Shown one piece after another: positions 1-9,754 of a DNA stretch of 64,000 nt. The stretch's first letter is position 1; every line of letters starts with the position of its first letter. The stretch spans positions 96,001 to 160,000 of the forward strand of contig JAVZXS010000001.1 in assembly GCA_038886535.1 (NCBI GenBank), read 5' to 3'. The DNA comes from Candidatus Micrarchaeia archaeon (GTDB lineage: Archaea > Micrarchaeota > Micrarchaeia > CABMEP01). The translations under genes and the position numbers were made by a program. The notes beneath the pieces were generated by a model that saw only the letters and a list, made by a program, of their open reading frames with translations, was not told where the DNA came from and ran no database searches.

Positions 1-1
1 T

Positions 2-280
2 TCTGCTCCAAGTGAAGATGATTGGAAGGCAAGCTATTCTGTTCTCTTTTCATTCCCAGTAATCCCCTTGCTTATAGTCTTTATACTTCTGAACTTTGTA
101 TCAATACAGTTCAACTTTAATCTCCTTCTATTCATTTTGACAATTCTTTCCATTGTTTTTTTATTCGTATCATTCGGTATTTTGTTTAATTTAATGTTTG
201 TTATTCTGATAAAATTGCTTGAGAGGGTGTGGATTTCAATATCAGCGCAGATAAGAAAGTCATTAAAGATTTACGATTGA
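2..280 (+). CDS. membrane protein, C-terminal part (5'-truncated by window edge)
   Basis: Frame is open from position 2 (SAPSEDDWKASYSVLFSFPVIPLL...) to TGA at 278-280; two hydrophobic helices. Confidence 0.5.
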   Translation, partial: SAPSEDDWKASYSVLFSFPVIPLLIVFILLNFVSIQFNFNLLLFILTILSIVFLFVSFGILFNLMFVILIKLLERVWISISAQIRKSLKIYD

Positions 281-796
281 ATGATTCCTAGAGTGATCGG
301 GATGGTAGAAAAGGTTTCAAGAAAAAGTAAAAAAATAAAAGTAGGATGGTTCACATTCACATGCTGCGAAGGTTGTGCTATTATATTCATAGAGCTTTTG
401 AATGACAGATTTAAGGAATGGTCTGAAAAGATTGAATTCAGACATTTTAAAATCCTCAAATCTAAGAATGATTTAGACGAACTTGATCTTGCGATCGTAG
501 AAGGCGCAATATCAACAAAAGACGAGGTTAATCTTTTGAAAGAAATAAGAGAAAAATCAAAATTTGTTATGGCTGTAGGTTCTTGTGCTCTTACAGGCAT
601 GCCAGCAGGATTAAGGAACAATTTCGACAATGAGAAAAAGAAAGAAATAGAGCAAATATTGAAAAAATTTGATTACTTGGATTCAGTTGAGCCAGTTTCA
701 AAGTTTATCAGAGTTGATTTCAGAGTACCTGGTTGTCCAATGGATGGAAATCAATTTGTAAAAGAACTTTCTTCCTTCATCGAACAACATTCATGA
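281..796 (+). CDS. NiFe-hydrogenase small subunit (group 3-like; proximal FeS domain only); start may be ATG 302
   Basis: FTCCEGC, IVEGAI, AVGSCA and VPGCP motifs; directly upstream of the large subunit. Confidence 0.9.
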   Translation: MIPRVIGMVEKVSRKSKKIKVGWFTFTCCEGCAIIFIELLNDRFKEWSEKIEFRHFKILKSKNDLDELDLAIVEGAISTKDEVNLLKEIREKSKFVMAVGSCALTGMPAGLRNNFDNEKKKEIEQILKKFDYLDSVEPVSKFIRVDFRVPGCPMDGNQFVKELSSFIEQHS

Positions 797-820
797 TTTC
801 AAATAACTAAAGGTGATTAT

Positions 821-2110
821 ATGCATAATATTTCAGATATATCTATAAAAGATTTGAGCAAAATTGAAGGACATGCAAGTGTAGAAATAAAAATAAAAAG
901 CGGAAAAGTGGAAAGTGCTAAATTGAAGATAGTGGAAAATAAACGATTTTATACTCAGGCAATAAGAGGAATGAGTATAGATAATATATATTCTATAGTT
1001 TCAAGAATATGTGGTACATGCAGCATTTCCCATATGACATGCTGCATAGAAGCGATTGAAAATTCATTAGGGATCGAGCCATCAGAACAAACAATGAAGC
1101 TAAGACATCTTTCAATGTTCGGTACAATTCTCAGGGACCATGCAATGCATTTATACATGTTTTGTCTTCCAGATATATTCAATAAAGATTCCATATTGGA
1201 TTTTGACAAGAAACAAATGAAAATAGTTGAAAACGGCCTTAAGGTAAAAAAAGCAGCAAATAATCTTGCAACCATTGTTGCAGGAAGAGCGGTACATGCG
1301 CTTTATCCTAGGATTGGAGGTTTTTCATCTGTACCAAGCAAGGATTCAATTAAAAATTCAATTTCAGAGCTTGCTTCTGTAAGAGAACACGTCATTGATC
1401 TTGTAGAACTATTTTTTGATTCTCAATTTGAATTTTTCTGCAGTGCAAGGAACGTTGCATTAGTGGATAAAAAATTTAACTTTGTAGAAGGTAGGATACA
1501 GGATTCCACTGGATTGAAAGTGGAGGAAAATGATTTTCCAGAGCATCTGCATAGAGTTGTCATTCCTTATTCGCAAGCAACAGGTTTTAAGTTCAAAGGT
1601 GAGGAATATATTGTCGGTTCACTGTCAAGGTTAAATCTTAATCTACAAAATATGCATAGTGATACCTTAAGAGATTTATCTGAGTTTACATCTGTATTTC
1701 CTTCAAAAAATATATTTCATAACAATCTTGCACAGGCTATAGAAATGTTACATTGCATAGATGCCTCAATAGAGATACTAGAAAATAGCAACTTTAAGGA
1801 AGAAAAATTACCAGATCTAACCAAATATAAAGAAAAAAAGGGAAAGGGCATTGGTGTGGTAGAAGCGCCGAGAGGCACTCTGTATTATGAGTTAAATATA
1901 GATAAAGGAATTGTAAAAGATGGATTGCTTGTCATTCCAACAGCCCAGAATCAGGTTAATATGGAAAGAGACATCAAAGAATTAGTGCAACAAAACCTAG
2001 ACGAAGGATTAGATAGGCATACTATTGAACACAACATAGAGAAACTAATAAGAGCATATGATCCATGCATGTCTTGCGCAAGTCACTTTTTAAGGGTTAG
2101 ATGGAGCTAA
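821..2110 (+). CDS. NiFe-hydrogenase large subunit (group 3b-like)
   Basis: KIEGH, L1 SRICGTC, EAPRGTL, L2 YDPCMSCASH plus a short C-terminal extension; GGTGA RBS. Confidence 0.95.
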   Translation: MHNISDISIKDLSKIEGHASVEIKIKSGKVESAKLKIVENKRFYTQAIRGMSIDNIYSIVSRICGTCSISHMTCCIEAIENSLGIEPSEQTMKLRHLSMFGTILRDHAMHLYMFCLPDIFNKDSILDFDKKQMKIVENGLKVKKAANNLATIVAGRAVHALYPRIGGFSSVPSKDSIKNSISELASVREHVIDLVELFFDSQFEFFCSARNVALVDKKFNFVEGRIQDSTGLKVEENDFPEHLHRVVIPYSQATGFKFKGEEYIVGSLSRLNLNLQNMHSDTLRDLSEFTSVFPSKNIFHNNLAQAIEMLHCIDASIEILENSNFKEEKLPDLTKYKEKKGKGIGVVEAPRGTLYYELNIDKGIVKDGLLVIPTAQNQVNMERDIKELVQQNLDEGLDRHTIEHNIEKLIRAYDPCMSCASHFLRVRWS

Positions 2111-2491
2111 AGTTTCATTTAATAATTTTTCTATCTCCTTAATTGCCTTTCTTTTTTTATATCCCATCGGAATAGCGAATATATTTATTTTCTTTATTTT
2201 TCCAATTTTTTTCATTATTTTCAATGTCATTCCAAGATCAAAATCATGCATCGAACATCTTCTATTCTCACATATTTCATCAATATTAGTTATCAATCTT
2301 ACATTCTCTACTCCATCTACAGTATCGATTATGTTGATTTCGTTTTCATCTTCTATTTCATCTGGGTATTCCGCAGGAATAAATTTAATCATTGGGAATT
2401 TTTTCTCTAACTCTGGAATTATTTCAAGAGGCAAGCTATCATTTTTTATTAGCGGATTTCCAAAGCAATAGACCTTCAAATGCTCATTCAT
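2090..2491 (-). CDS. hydrogenase maturation protease-like protein
   Basis: FGNPLIKND, IIDTV and SMHDFDL motifs; adjacent to the large subunit. Confidence 0.75.
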   Translation of the reverse strand: MNEHLKVYCFGNPLIKNDSLPLEIIPELEKKFPMIKFIPAEYPDEIEDENEINIIDTVDGVENVRLITNIDEICENRRCSMHDFDLGMTLKIMKKIGKIKKINIFAIPMGYKKRKAIKEIEKLLNETLAPSNP

Positions 2492-2604
2492 TATTTCACT
2501 CTAAACAAAAACAAATAAAATAGGAAAAATAAATTAAGACGAAACAAAATTAAAATAAATTGAAAATAAAGGTCACCAATTTTTATCAATTTAAAGGTCA
2601 TCAA

Positions 2605-2838
2605 TTATATCTTTCTTTTTCCTTTGTCTTCGATATGTATGCAGTTGACAGGGCATGCCTCTGCAGCATCCTGATTGCATGCTATATCTTTAACTTCCAA
2701 TTCAAATACATTTCCATTCTTCTTAGCTCCAATCAATTCAGACTTGCCATCGCTCGCCATTTTCCAGTATTTTGAACATACTGCTGCGCATGTACCACAT
2801 CCAATGCATGCATCTCTATCGTGTATTATTTTTGCCAT
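2605..2838 (-). CDS. monocluster ferredoxin
   Basis: CIGCGTCAAVC and AEACPVNCI. Confidence 0.92.
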   Translation of the reverse strand: MAKIIHDRDACIGCGTCAAVCSKYWKMASDGKSELIGAKKNGNVFELEVKDIACNQDAAEACPVNCIHIEDKGKRKI

Positions 2839-2860
2839 TATAGCACCTCTATCAATCCAA

Positions 2861-3535
2861 TTAAATTAAGCTTTTATCATTATTTTTAACAGCTTCCTTT
2901 AAAACCTTAACGTTTTCATTATCCTTTCCGAATGATTCTTCAAGTATTTCTATAATCGTTTTTTGTTTTATTTTCAAATGTTTATTTTTGATTATCTTTC
3001 CTAAGAGATAGATATTAGAATACATATTACTGCCTGTAATTTGCTTTGTAATTTCAGATGCAGGATATATAAAAATCTCTTTAATGTGCGGTTTGATCCT
3101 TGTTTTGATTTCATCCAAAGAAGGATAGCTTATATTTTCTATATCCATCCTGGTAGGTTTGATCTGAATAGAATCTGAATATACAATCGTTTTTTCTTTA
3201 TTACAATATTTTATTAATGATTGTGTCTCAAGCGGCTCTAATGCTATTATTATGTCTGCAGACATATTTGGCACTATGGTTGTTTTCACGTTTTTTCCAA
3301 TCCTTAAGTGGAATTCAGTATGTCCAAATCTTTTGGCCAAACCATGGAGTTCGCTAGTCATAACGTTGTTTCCTTCTCTTTGAGCAGCCAATGAAATAAG
3401 GCTTCCTAGCGTCATTACTCCTTGTCCCCCAACACCGGTTATTATTATATTGATCTCTTCATTTTCATTTTTTTCGTTTTTATTGTTTTTAGATCTTCCA
3501 TTTTCTTTTCCATTCGGCATTTTTAACCACCACAA
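2861..3535 (-). CDS. iorB: indolepyruvate:ferredoxin oxidoreductase beta subunit
   Basis: ITGVGGQG, SELHGLAKRFG, DIIIALEPLE; follows iorA. Confidence 0.88.
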   Translation of the reverse strand: MWWLKMPNGKENGRSKNNKNEKNENEEINIIITGVGGQGVMTLGSLISLAAQREGNNVMTSELHGLAKRFGHTEFHLRIGKNVKTTIVPNMSADIIIALEPLETQSLIKYCNKEKTIVYSDSIQIKPTRMDIENISYPSLDEIKTRIKPHIKEIFIYPASEITKQITGSNMYSNIYLLGKIIKNKHLKIKQKTIIEILEESFGKDNENVKVLKEAVKNNDKSLI

Positions 3536-3536
3536 A

Positions 3537-5390
3537 TTAAGCTTTTTTATCTTCGCTTATTTTCGGTTTAATTGCACTATATGGACATATCTGCGAGCAT
3601 ACAGTGCATCCCCAACACATGTCCTCTGAGATATAGTATTTATTCTCCTTTTTATCATAATGAATTGCAGGACATCCATACTCTATACATCTTCCACATT
3701 TCTTACATAGCTCTTCATGAATTTGATAGATAGGTACTTTTATCTTGTTTTTTCTTGCGTTTCTCATAAACATTAATCTGCAAGGTTGCCTATAAACAAC
3801 AACCCTTACTCCTTTCTTTTCTTTAACTGCCTTCATTATTTCTTGAGATTTCTTAGTGTCAAAAGGATTAACTACATATACATCTGCACCCATTGCCCTG
3901 CAAACTTCTTCTATTGATATCTTAGGTGCGCTTTCACCACATCTTATTCCAGTTCCAGCATGCGGTTGTTGTCCGGTCATAGCTGTTGTGCCATTGTCAA
4001 GAATGATTATTATCATATCTGATTGATTGTATATCGCATTTGCGATCTCAGGTAATCCTGCATGGAAGAAAGTAGAATCACCCATAAATGAGACTACTGT
4101 CTTTCCAGTTGCCTTATGTATACCATGTGCAATTCCAGTTCCTGCGCCCATGGAAATGATATAATCTTGCATATCAATTGGATTATAAATTCCTAGAATA
4201 TAACATCCTATATCTCCACCATATGTGAGACCTCTTCCTAATACTTCTTTAGTGTTCCAGAAGCTAGCTCTATGTGGACAGCCCGGACATAGGATAGGAT
4301 CTCTCTTAAATACATCAGGCGGTGTTTTCTTTTCTTCAACTGGAGGAAGATTTAGAATGGAAACAATCGCATTTACAACCTTTTCAGTTCTCATCTCTCC
4401 TATTGGAGGAATAAGATCATTGCCATGCACTTTGATTTTCAATTCATTATCTGCAACTACAGATTTTACATGCTGGGCTACAAAATCTTCGATTTCTTCG
4501 ACAACCAATATATTTTTCAATTCAAATTCTTTAATAAATTCAGCAATCTTCTTCTTTGGATAAGGATAAAACGAAAGTTTTAGGATAGGTAATTTTCTAT
4601 TCAATCTATCACAAGCCTCTAATGCATAATTGAATGACACTCCAGTTGCTATTATACCAAGTCCTCCTTTATCTCCTTTTATTACTTTGTTAAATTCAGA
4701 TTTTTCGCTTTCTTCCTCTAACTTTAGCATTATATCATGAAGCTCTTTATGTCTGTCAATGATTTTTGGAGGCATTGTGTTCCATTTATCATCTTTCTTG
4801 AATTCTCCTTCCCCTAGACTCTTGCCTTTCTTTATCTCTCCAAGCTTGACAATTGATTTTCCATAAGCTACTCTAGTAGTCATTCTTATAATAGCAGGAA
4901 TTCCATATTTTTCAGAGAGTTCAAATGCAAATTTTGTGAAATCCTTAGCTTCCTGTGAGTTAGAAGGCTCAAGCATTGGCATGTGTCCTATTTTTGCAAA
5001 GAACCTTGTATCCTGTTCGCTTTGACCTGAACTCCAGCAGTTTGGATCATCTGAAAAAACAATAACCATTCCTCCTTTCACTCCATGATAAGCAAGCGGA
5101 AAGACGCTATCGGATGCTACATTGAATCCAAAATGCTTAAATGAAACCATGGATCTTAGACCTGAGAACGCGGCTCCTGCTGCAACTTCTGCAGCTACCT
5201 TTTCATTTGTGCAGTATTCAAAATAAACTCCGGTTTCTTTTGAAATCTTACAAAATAAGTCTCCAACCTCTGAAACAGGCGTTCCAGGGTAGGTTGTAGA
5301 TATAGAAATACCTGCTTCAAGTGCGCCTCTTACTATTGCCTCGTCTCCTAAAAGTAAAACATTGCCTTTCGGCTTGAGTACATCTTCCAT
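3537..5390 (-). CDS. iorA: indolepyruvate:ferredoxin oxidoreductase alpha subunit
   Basis: YPGTPVSE, NEKVAAE, LCPGCPHR, GDIGCY, TPP motif GDSTFFH...DN and a C-terminal 2x[4Fe-4S] domain. Confidence 0.95.
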   Translation of the reverse strand: MEDVLKPKGNVLLLGDEAIVRGALEAGISISTTYPGTPVSEVGDLFCKISKETGVYFEYCTNEKVAAEVAAGAAFSGLRSMVSFKHFGFNVASDSVFPLAYHGVKGGMVIVFSDDPNCWSSGQSEQDTRFFAKIGHMPMLEPSNSQEAKDFTKFAFELSEKYGIPAIIRMTTRVAYGKSIVKLGEIKKGKSLGEGEFKKDDKWNTMPPKIIDRHKELHDIMLKLEEESEKSEFNKVIKGDKGGLGIIATGVSFNYALEACDRLNRKLPILKLSFYPYPKKKIAEFIKEFELKNILVVEEIEDFVAQHVKSVVADNELKIKVHGNDLIPPIGEMRTEKVVNAIVSILNLPPVEEKKTPPDVFKRDPILCPGCPHRASFWNTKEVLGRGLTYGGDIGCYILGIYNPIDMQDYIISMGAGTGIAHGIHKATGKTVVSFMGDSTFFHAGLPEIANAIYNQSDMIIIILDNGTTAMTGQQPHAGTGIRCGESAPKISIEEVCRAMGADVYVVNPFDTKKSQEIMKAVKEKKGVRVVVYRQPCRLMFMRNARKNKIKVPIYQIHEELCKKCGRCIEYGCPAIHYDKKENKYYISEDMCWGCTVCSQICPYSAIKPKISEDKKA

Positions 5391-5419
5391 AATTGATATT
5401 TAGTGTGAAGATATTAAAA

Positions 5420-5487
5420 TATTGGCTCGGCAGTTACTTCGATCATCAAAGTTACCTCAGACTGGGACAGTATCGTCATCGCCAATA
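5420..5487 (-). ncRNA. box C/D guide sRNA
   Basis: Minus strand reads TATTGGC-G-ATGACGA(C)-TACTGTCCCAGT-CTGA(D')-GGTAACTT-TGATGA(C')-TCGAAGTAACTG-CCGA(D)-GCCAATA: 7-bp terminal stem and two 12-nt guides. Confidence 0.85.
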
Positions 5488-5542
5488 AGATTATGACGCT
5501 TTTATTTTTATTGCTTTTGTTTTTAGGCTAACAAACTAAATT

Positions 5543-6691
5543 TTATCTAACGCTTACTAATTCCATATACTCTGCAGTCATTCCCATTAATTCAAATTTT
5601 ACATTCAAGTTTCCTGTATTGTTTTCAGGAATGCTGTTTAGATCTATGTAATATTGCATTCTTCTTAAGTTTTCAGGTATGTAGATAGGAGTTCCATCAG
5701 ATCTTTCACCGATCTTTTCAGTAATCAGAAGGCAAGCCTTCTGGACTTTGAAAACAGAGCCGTGTTTGTTTATGAATTCTTCTACTTCGTTTTTGTTTGC
5801 ATTGTTTGAAAATAGAATCAGATAGGAGTCTGAAAATGTGAGAGACAAATTATAGTCTGAGGCGATGCTTTCTATTTTTTGCCTGTCAAATGAATCTGTA
5901 ATAATTCCCTTCGTATAAACTGTTGCATTTACGCCATTTTCATTCAGCTTTGAGTTGAATTCATTGATTTCAGTCTGGTTCAGATCCCTGTTGAATGTTA
6001 TCGCATCATTTTTAGTATAATTTATATCACTGCTGTTTATGCCTAGTTCAATAATCTCATCCATATTCAGGTTTCTATCCTCCCATCTTATCTTTCCTAC
6101 TATAGCATATAGATCATAGCATGCAAAACTTGCACTTACTATTCCATCTGCAGTTCTTGTAATCGGTTCTGCAGATATGGATTCAATTCCTTTATCGCTT
6201 ATATATGCAACAAGGTCAACATCTATTTCCTCTCCTACTCTGCTAAACGGATCTAGATAAAGCCTGATGTTCCCAGGTGCCTGTTTTGTTTCACTTCCAT
6301 TTTGCATATAGAAGGAGACAAGCCCATTAATAGTGCAGGAAGATTGAGCTAAGACATTTACATCTTCATTTATGTATGCGTTTCTTATCTTTTCTATATT
6401 TGATTTAGAAGAATATACTAAAATCCCTTTGTTTCCTATTATGTTTATATAATCAATATACCCTGCATCCTTTAATTCTCTGGCTATCTTCTGCGTGTTT
6501 TCATTCCAAGGCTGAATAATAATTTCATTTCCATACCCTGCTATCTTACATGTAGCGGTTCCTTTGCCCTGGCTTATGTTTGAAACAGTTTCATGACTGA
6601 TAGGAGTTCTTGTGAAGTTATAAAACATAGACATTATAAACATAAGAGCTATGAATGCAACTATGTATCTTACCATTTCTTTTCTTTCCAT
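5543..6691 (-). CDS. hypothetical protein with N-terminal membrane anchor/signal
   Basis: 382-aa ORF, one N-terminal hydrophobic helix, GTGAT RBS. Confidence 0.7.
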   Translation of the reverse strand: MERKEMVRYIVAFIALMFIMSMFYNFTRTPISHETVSNISQGKGTATCKIAGYGNEIIIQPWNENTQKIARELKDAGYIDYINIIGNKGILVYSSKSNIEKIRNAYINEDVNVLAQSSCTINGLVSFYMQNGSETKQAPGNIRLYLDPFSRVGEEIDVDLVAYISDKGIESISAEPITRTADGIVSASFACYDLYAIVGKIRWEDRNLNMDEIIELGINSSDINYTKNDAITFNRDLNQTEINEFNSKLNENGVNATVYTKGIITDSFDRQKIESIASDYNLSLTFSDSYLILFSNNANKNEVEEFINKHGSVFKVQKACLLITEKIGERSDGTPIYIPENLRRMQYYIDLNSIPENNTGNLNVKFELMGMTAEYMELVSVR

Positions 6692-6807
6692 TTGATCACT
6701 TCATTTAATTATAAGATAATGAGTAAAAATATTAGTCTTTAAAGATTTAAAAGGCTTAACACCATATATATCTTATCTGCAAATTATATTTGCTAGAGAG
6801 GGATAAT

Positions 6808-7521
6808 ATGGCAATACAAATAGGAGATTTCATAAAGTTGAGTTATACAGGAATGCTAGAGGATGGATCAGTATTTGATACTACTGATGAAAAACTTGCG
6901 AAGGAAAAAGGAATTTACAATGAAAGAGTAGTATACGCGCCAGTTCTTTTGATAGTTGGAAGACAACAGGTCATAAGAGGATTGGATGAGGCTTTAGTAG
7001 GGATGGAAAAGGGTGAAGAGAAAGAAGTAACCATTCCTCCTGAGAAGGCATTCGGTCAGATAAACAATGATCTTATAAACGTAATACCATTTTCACACTT
7101 TGAGAAGCAGAGAATCAACCCAGTTCCAGGAATGATTGTAAATGTAAATGGAAGAGACGGAATGGTCAGATCAGTGGGTGCAGGAAGAGTAATAGTTGAC
7201 TTCAATCATCCTTTAGCAGGAAAGACATTGAAATATAAATTAAAGGTAGAAGACATCTTAGACACACCAGAAAAAAGAGTAAATGCATTATTTGAAGATT
7301 CTGGACTTGCTGGTTCTGTCAAGCTTGATAAAGATACTGTGATTGTGGAAACAAAAGCAGATCCTTCTGAGAATTATATATTCAGAAAACAAACATTCCT
7401 TTCCTGGATAAGAGAGATAAATGAGGTAAACAAAATAAAATTCAATGAAGAGTATGAGCTTATATCAAGGAAGCCAGAGGAAGGGCAGAAGACTGAAAAA
7501 ACAAAATCTAAGACAGAGTAG
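6808..7521 (+). CDS. FKBP-type peptidyl-prolyl isomerase (SlyD-like, archaeal long type)
   Basis: YTGMLEDGSVFDTT, IPPEKAFG, VDFNHPLAGKTL. Confidence 0.93.
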   Translation: MAIQIGDFIKLSYTGMLEDGSVFDTTDEKLAKEKGIYNERVVYAPVLLIVGRQQVIRGLDEALVGMEKGEEKEVTIPPEKAFGQINNDLINVIPFSHFEKQRINPVPGMIVNVNGRDGMVRSVGAGRVIVDFNHPLAGKTLKYKLKVEDILDTPEKRVNALFEDSGLAGSVKLDKDTVIVETKADPSENYIFRKQTFLSWIREINEVNKIKFNEEYELISRKPEEGQKTEKTKSKTE

Positions 7522-7580
7522 ACGATTTCATCAGATGTATAATATTATCGCAAAATATTAAGGTTGATTTTGTTGATTTT

Positions 7581-7886
7581 ATTTCTATAGTTTCAGAATT
7601 TAAAGAATTCCTTAATGAATACAAAGTTATGGGTCTTGCAGTTGCATTCATAATGGGTGGAGCAATAACAACACTAGTGCAATCTCTTATGAACAACATA
7701 ATAATGCCGATTTTCGGTGCGTTTCTTCCAAACGGAGACTGGCAAACTGCAACATTTGCATTAGGTCCAATACAAATCGGATGGGGAGCATTTTTAAGCG
7801 CATTGATAAACTTCATAATAATCGCTTTTTTAATTTTCATGATTGCAAAATATGTCATGAAGGAAGAAAAAGTGACAAAGAAATAA
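7581..7886 (+). CDS. mscL: large-conductance mechanosensitive channel; true start probably ATT at 7581 (first in-frame ATG is at 7629)
   Basis: SEFKEFL-EYKVMGLAVAFIMG and GAFLSALINFIIIAF MscL motifs. Confidence 0.85.
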   Translation: MSIVSEFKEFLNEYKVMGLAVAFIMGGAITTLVQSLMNNIIMPIFGAFLPNGDWQTATFALGPIQIGWGAFLSALINFIIIAFLIFMIAKYVMKEEKVTKK

Positions 7887-7929
7887 TATTTTAATATTTT
7901 ACACCATTAAGAATAAAAAAGATGATTTT

Positions 7930-8715
7930 ATGTTGGAATGGATATTTGTTTTGATTGTAATAGGAATTATGTCTATCAAAATAGTTATGCAGTATCAAGA
8001 AGGAGTGGTGTTTAGGTTGGGTAAGTTTGCTAGATCCGCAGGACCTGGCTTGAACTTTGTTATCCCTTTCATAGAGGAGATTAGATATGTTGACAAGAGA
8101 ATCACAACTATAGATATTCCAAAGCAAGAGGTAATGACTAAAGACAATGTTCCATTAGGTGTAAATGGCGTAGTCTTCTATAGAGTTGAGGATTCAAAGA
8201 AAGCAATACTTGAGATAGAGAATTATCATTATGCTATATCTCAATACGCCCAGACTGCATTAAGAGATGTCATAGGTGGAAAAGAACTAGATACAATACT
8301 CACAAACAGAGAGGAGGTTGCAGATGAAATAAAATTAATAGTTGACAAGGAAACAAGCGAGTGGGGCGTAGACATTATAAACATAAAAATTCAAGATATA
8401 GAATTGCCTGCAGATATGAAGAGAGTGATGGCAAAGCAGGCAGAGGCAGAAAGAGACAAGAGAGCAAAGATAATTGAGAGTGAGGCCGAATTCGCAGCAG
8501 CACAGAAGGTATCAGACGCAGCAAGGCTTCTTTCATCAACTCCAGGTGGATTGCATCTTAAAACGCTATTAACTATATCTAACGTTGCATCTTACGATGG
8601 CAATTCCGTAATATTTGTGACACCAATAGAAATACTAGAGGCAATGAAGGGCTTCGCAAAGAAAGATGGATCAAGCGAATCTGATAAAGAAACAAAAGAA
8701 AAAGGTAAGAAATAA
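7930..8715 (+). CDS. SPFH/band-7 (stomatin-like) protein
   Basis: GVVFRLGK, QEVMTKDNV, AQTALRDVIG, AKQAEAER. Confidence 0.93.
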   Translation: MLEWIFVLIVIGIMSIKIVMQYQEGVVFRLGKFARSAGPGLNFVIPFIEEIRYVDKRITTIDIPKQEVMTKDNVPLGVNGVVFYRVEDSKKAILEIENYHYAISQYAQTALRDVIGGKELDTILTNREEVADEIKLIVDKETSEWGVDIINIKIQDIELPADMKRVMAKQAEAERDKRAKIIESEAEFAAAQKVSDAARLLSSTPGGLHLKTLLTISNVASYDGNSVIFVTPIEILEAMKGFAKKDGSSESDKETKEKGKK

Positions 8716-8748
8716 TCGATTAAGGTTTTTAATCTCTTTTTTAATTTT

Positions 8749-9666
8749 TTATTTTTTCCAAATGTCCATACTAAGATACCTCTCTCCCCTATCACATAGG
8801 ATTGTAACTATATTCTTTCCTTTCATATCTTTTCTTTTTTGAAGCTCAATACATGCTGCTAAGTTTGCACCTGATGAGATACCACATAAAAGTCCTTCAT
8901 TTCTTGCAAGCTCCGTTGTACTTTTTATTGCATCCTTGCTTCTCACAGTTATTATTTCATCGATAAGATCATAATCAAATATTTTAGGTACAAATCCTTC
9001 ACCTATTCCCTGAATATCGTGATGTCCTATCTTTCCTCCGCTTAAAGCTGCGCATTCTTGTGGTTCAACCGCTATTATCTTTACATCTCTATACTTTTTC
9101 TTCAATACAGATGCGACTCCTCTTATAGTTCCACCAGTTCCAACACCCATAACAAAAACATCTACTTTAAGCTTTTTCCTTTTCATTTCATTTATGATTT
9201 CATTTCCTGTTTTATAATGTGCTTTAAAATTATCTGGATTTTCAAATTGCGATGGAAACCACGCCTTTCCTTTATATTTAATCTTCATTTCTTCAAGTTT
9301 TTTAACTGGTCCAAACATCTCTTCTTTTGCAGGAGTAAGAATAACTCTTCCTCCAAACGCCTCTATCATTTGTCTCCTTTCTTTTGTTACATTTTCAGGC
9401 ATTATTGCAATGAATTCATATCCAAGTGCAGCAGAAACCATTGCAAAAGATATTCCTGTATTTCCAGACGTGGCTTCTATTATTTTCATTCCTTTTTTTA
9501 ACTCTCCTCTTTCTTCCGCCTTGTGAATCATCTCATGTGCAATCCTGTCTTTTAGACTTCCACTTGGATTGAGATATTCAAGTTTTGCATAAATGTTTGA
9601 ACTATTGCTAAATCTTTCAAGTTTCACTATGGGCGTATTTCCTATATTATGAAATATATCAACCAT
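8749..9666 (-). CDS. cysK: cysteine synthase (PLP-dependent)
   Basis: IGNTP, NPSGSLKDR, EATSGNTG, GVGTGGT, IQGIG, CDRGERYLS. Confidence 0.92.
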   Translation of the reverse strand: MVDIFHNIGNTPIVKLERFSNSSNIYAKLEYLNPSGSLKDRIAHEMIHKAEERGELKKGMKIIEATSGNTGISFAMVSAALGYEFIAIMPENVTKERRQMIEAFGGRVILTPAKEEMFGPVKKLEEMKIKYKGKAWFPSQFENPDNFKAHYKTGNEIINEMKRKKLKVDVFVMGVGTGGTIRGVASVLKKKYRDVKIIAVEPQECAALSGGKIGHHDIQGIGEGFVPKIFDYDLIDEIITVRSKDAIKSTTELARNEGLLCGISSGANLAACIELQKRKDMKGKNIVTILCDRGERYLSMDIWKK

Positions 9667-9754
9667 TCATTTCACCTTTTATTTAAATCATTTTTTGGCC
9701 TTTTATTAATTGTTTTGATGACAGTATTTTAAATTTATTTATCAAATTGAGTTT

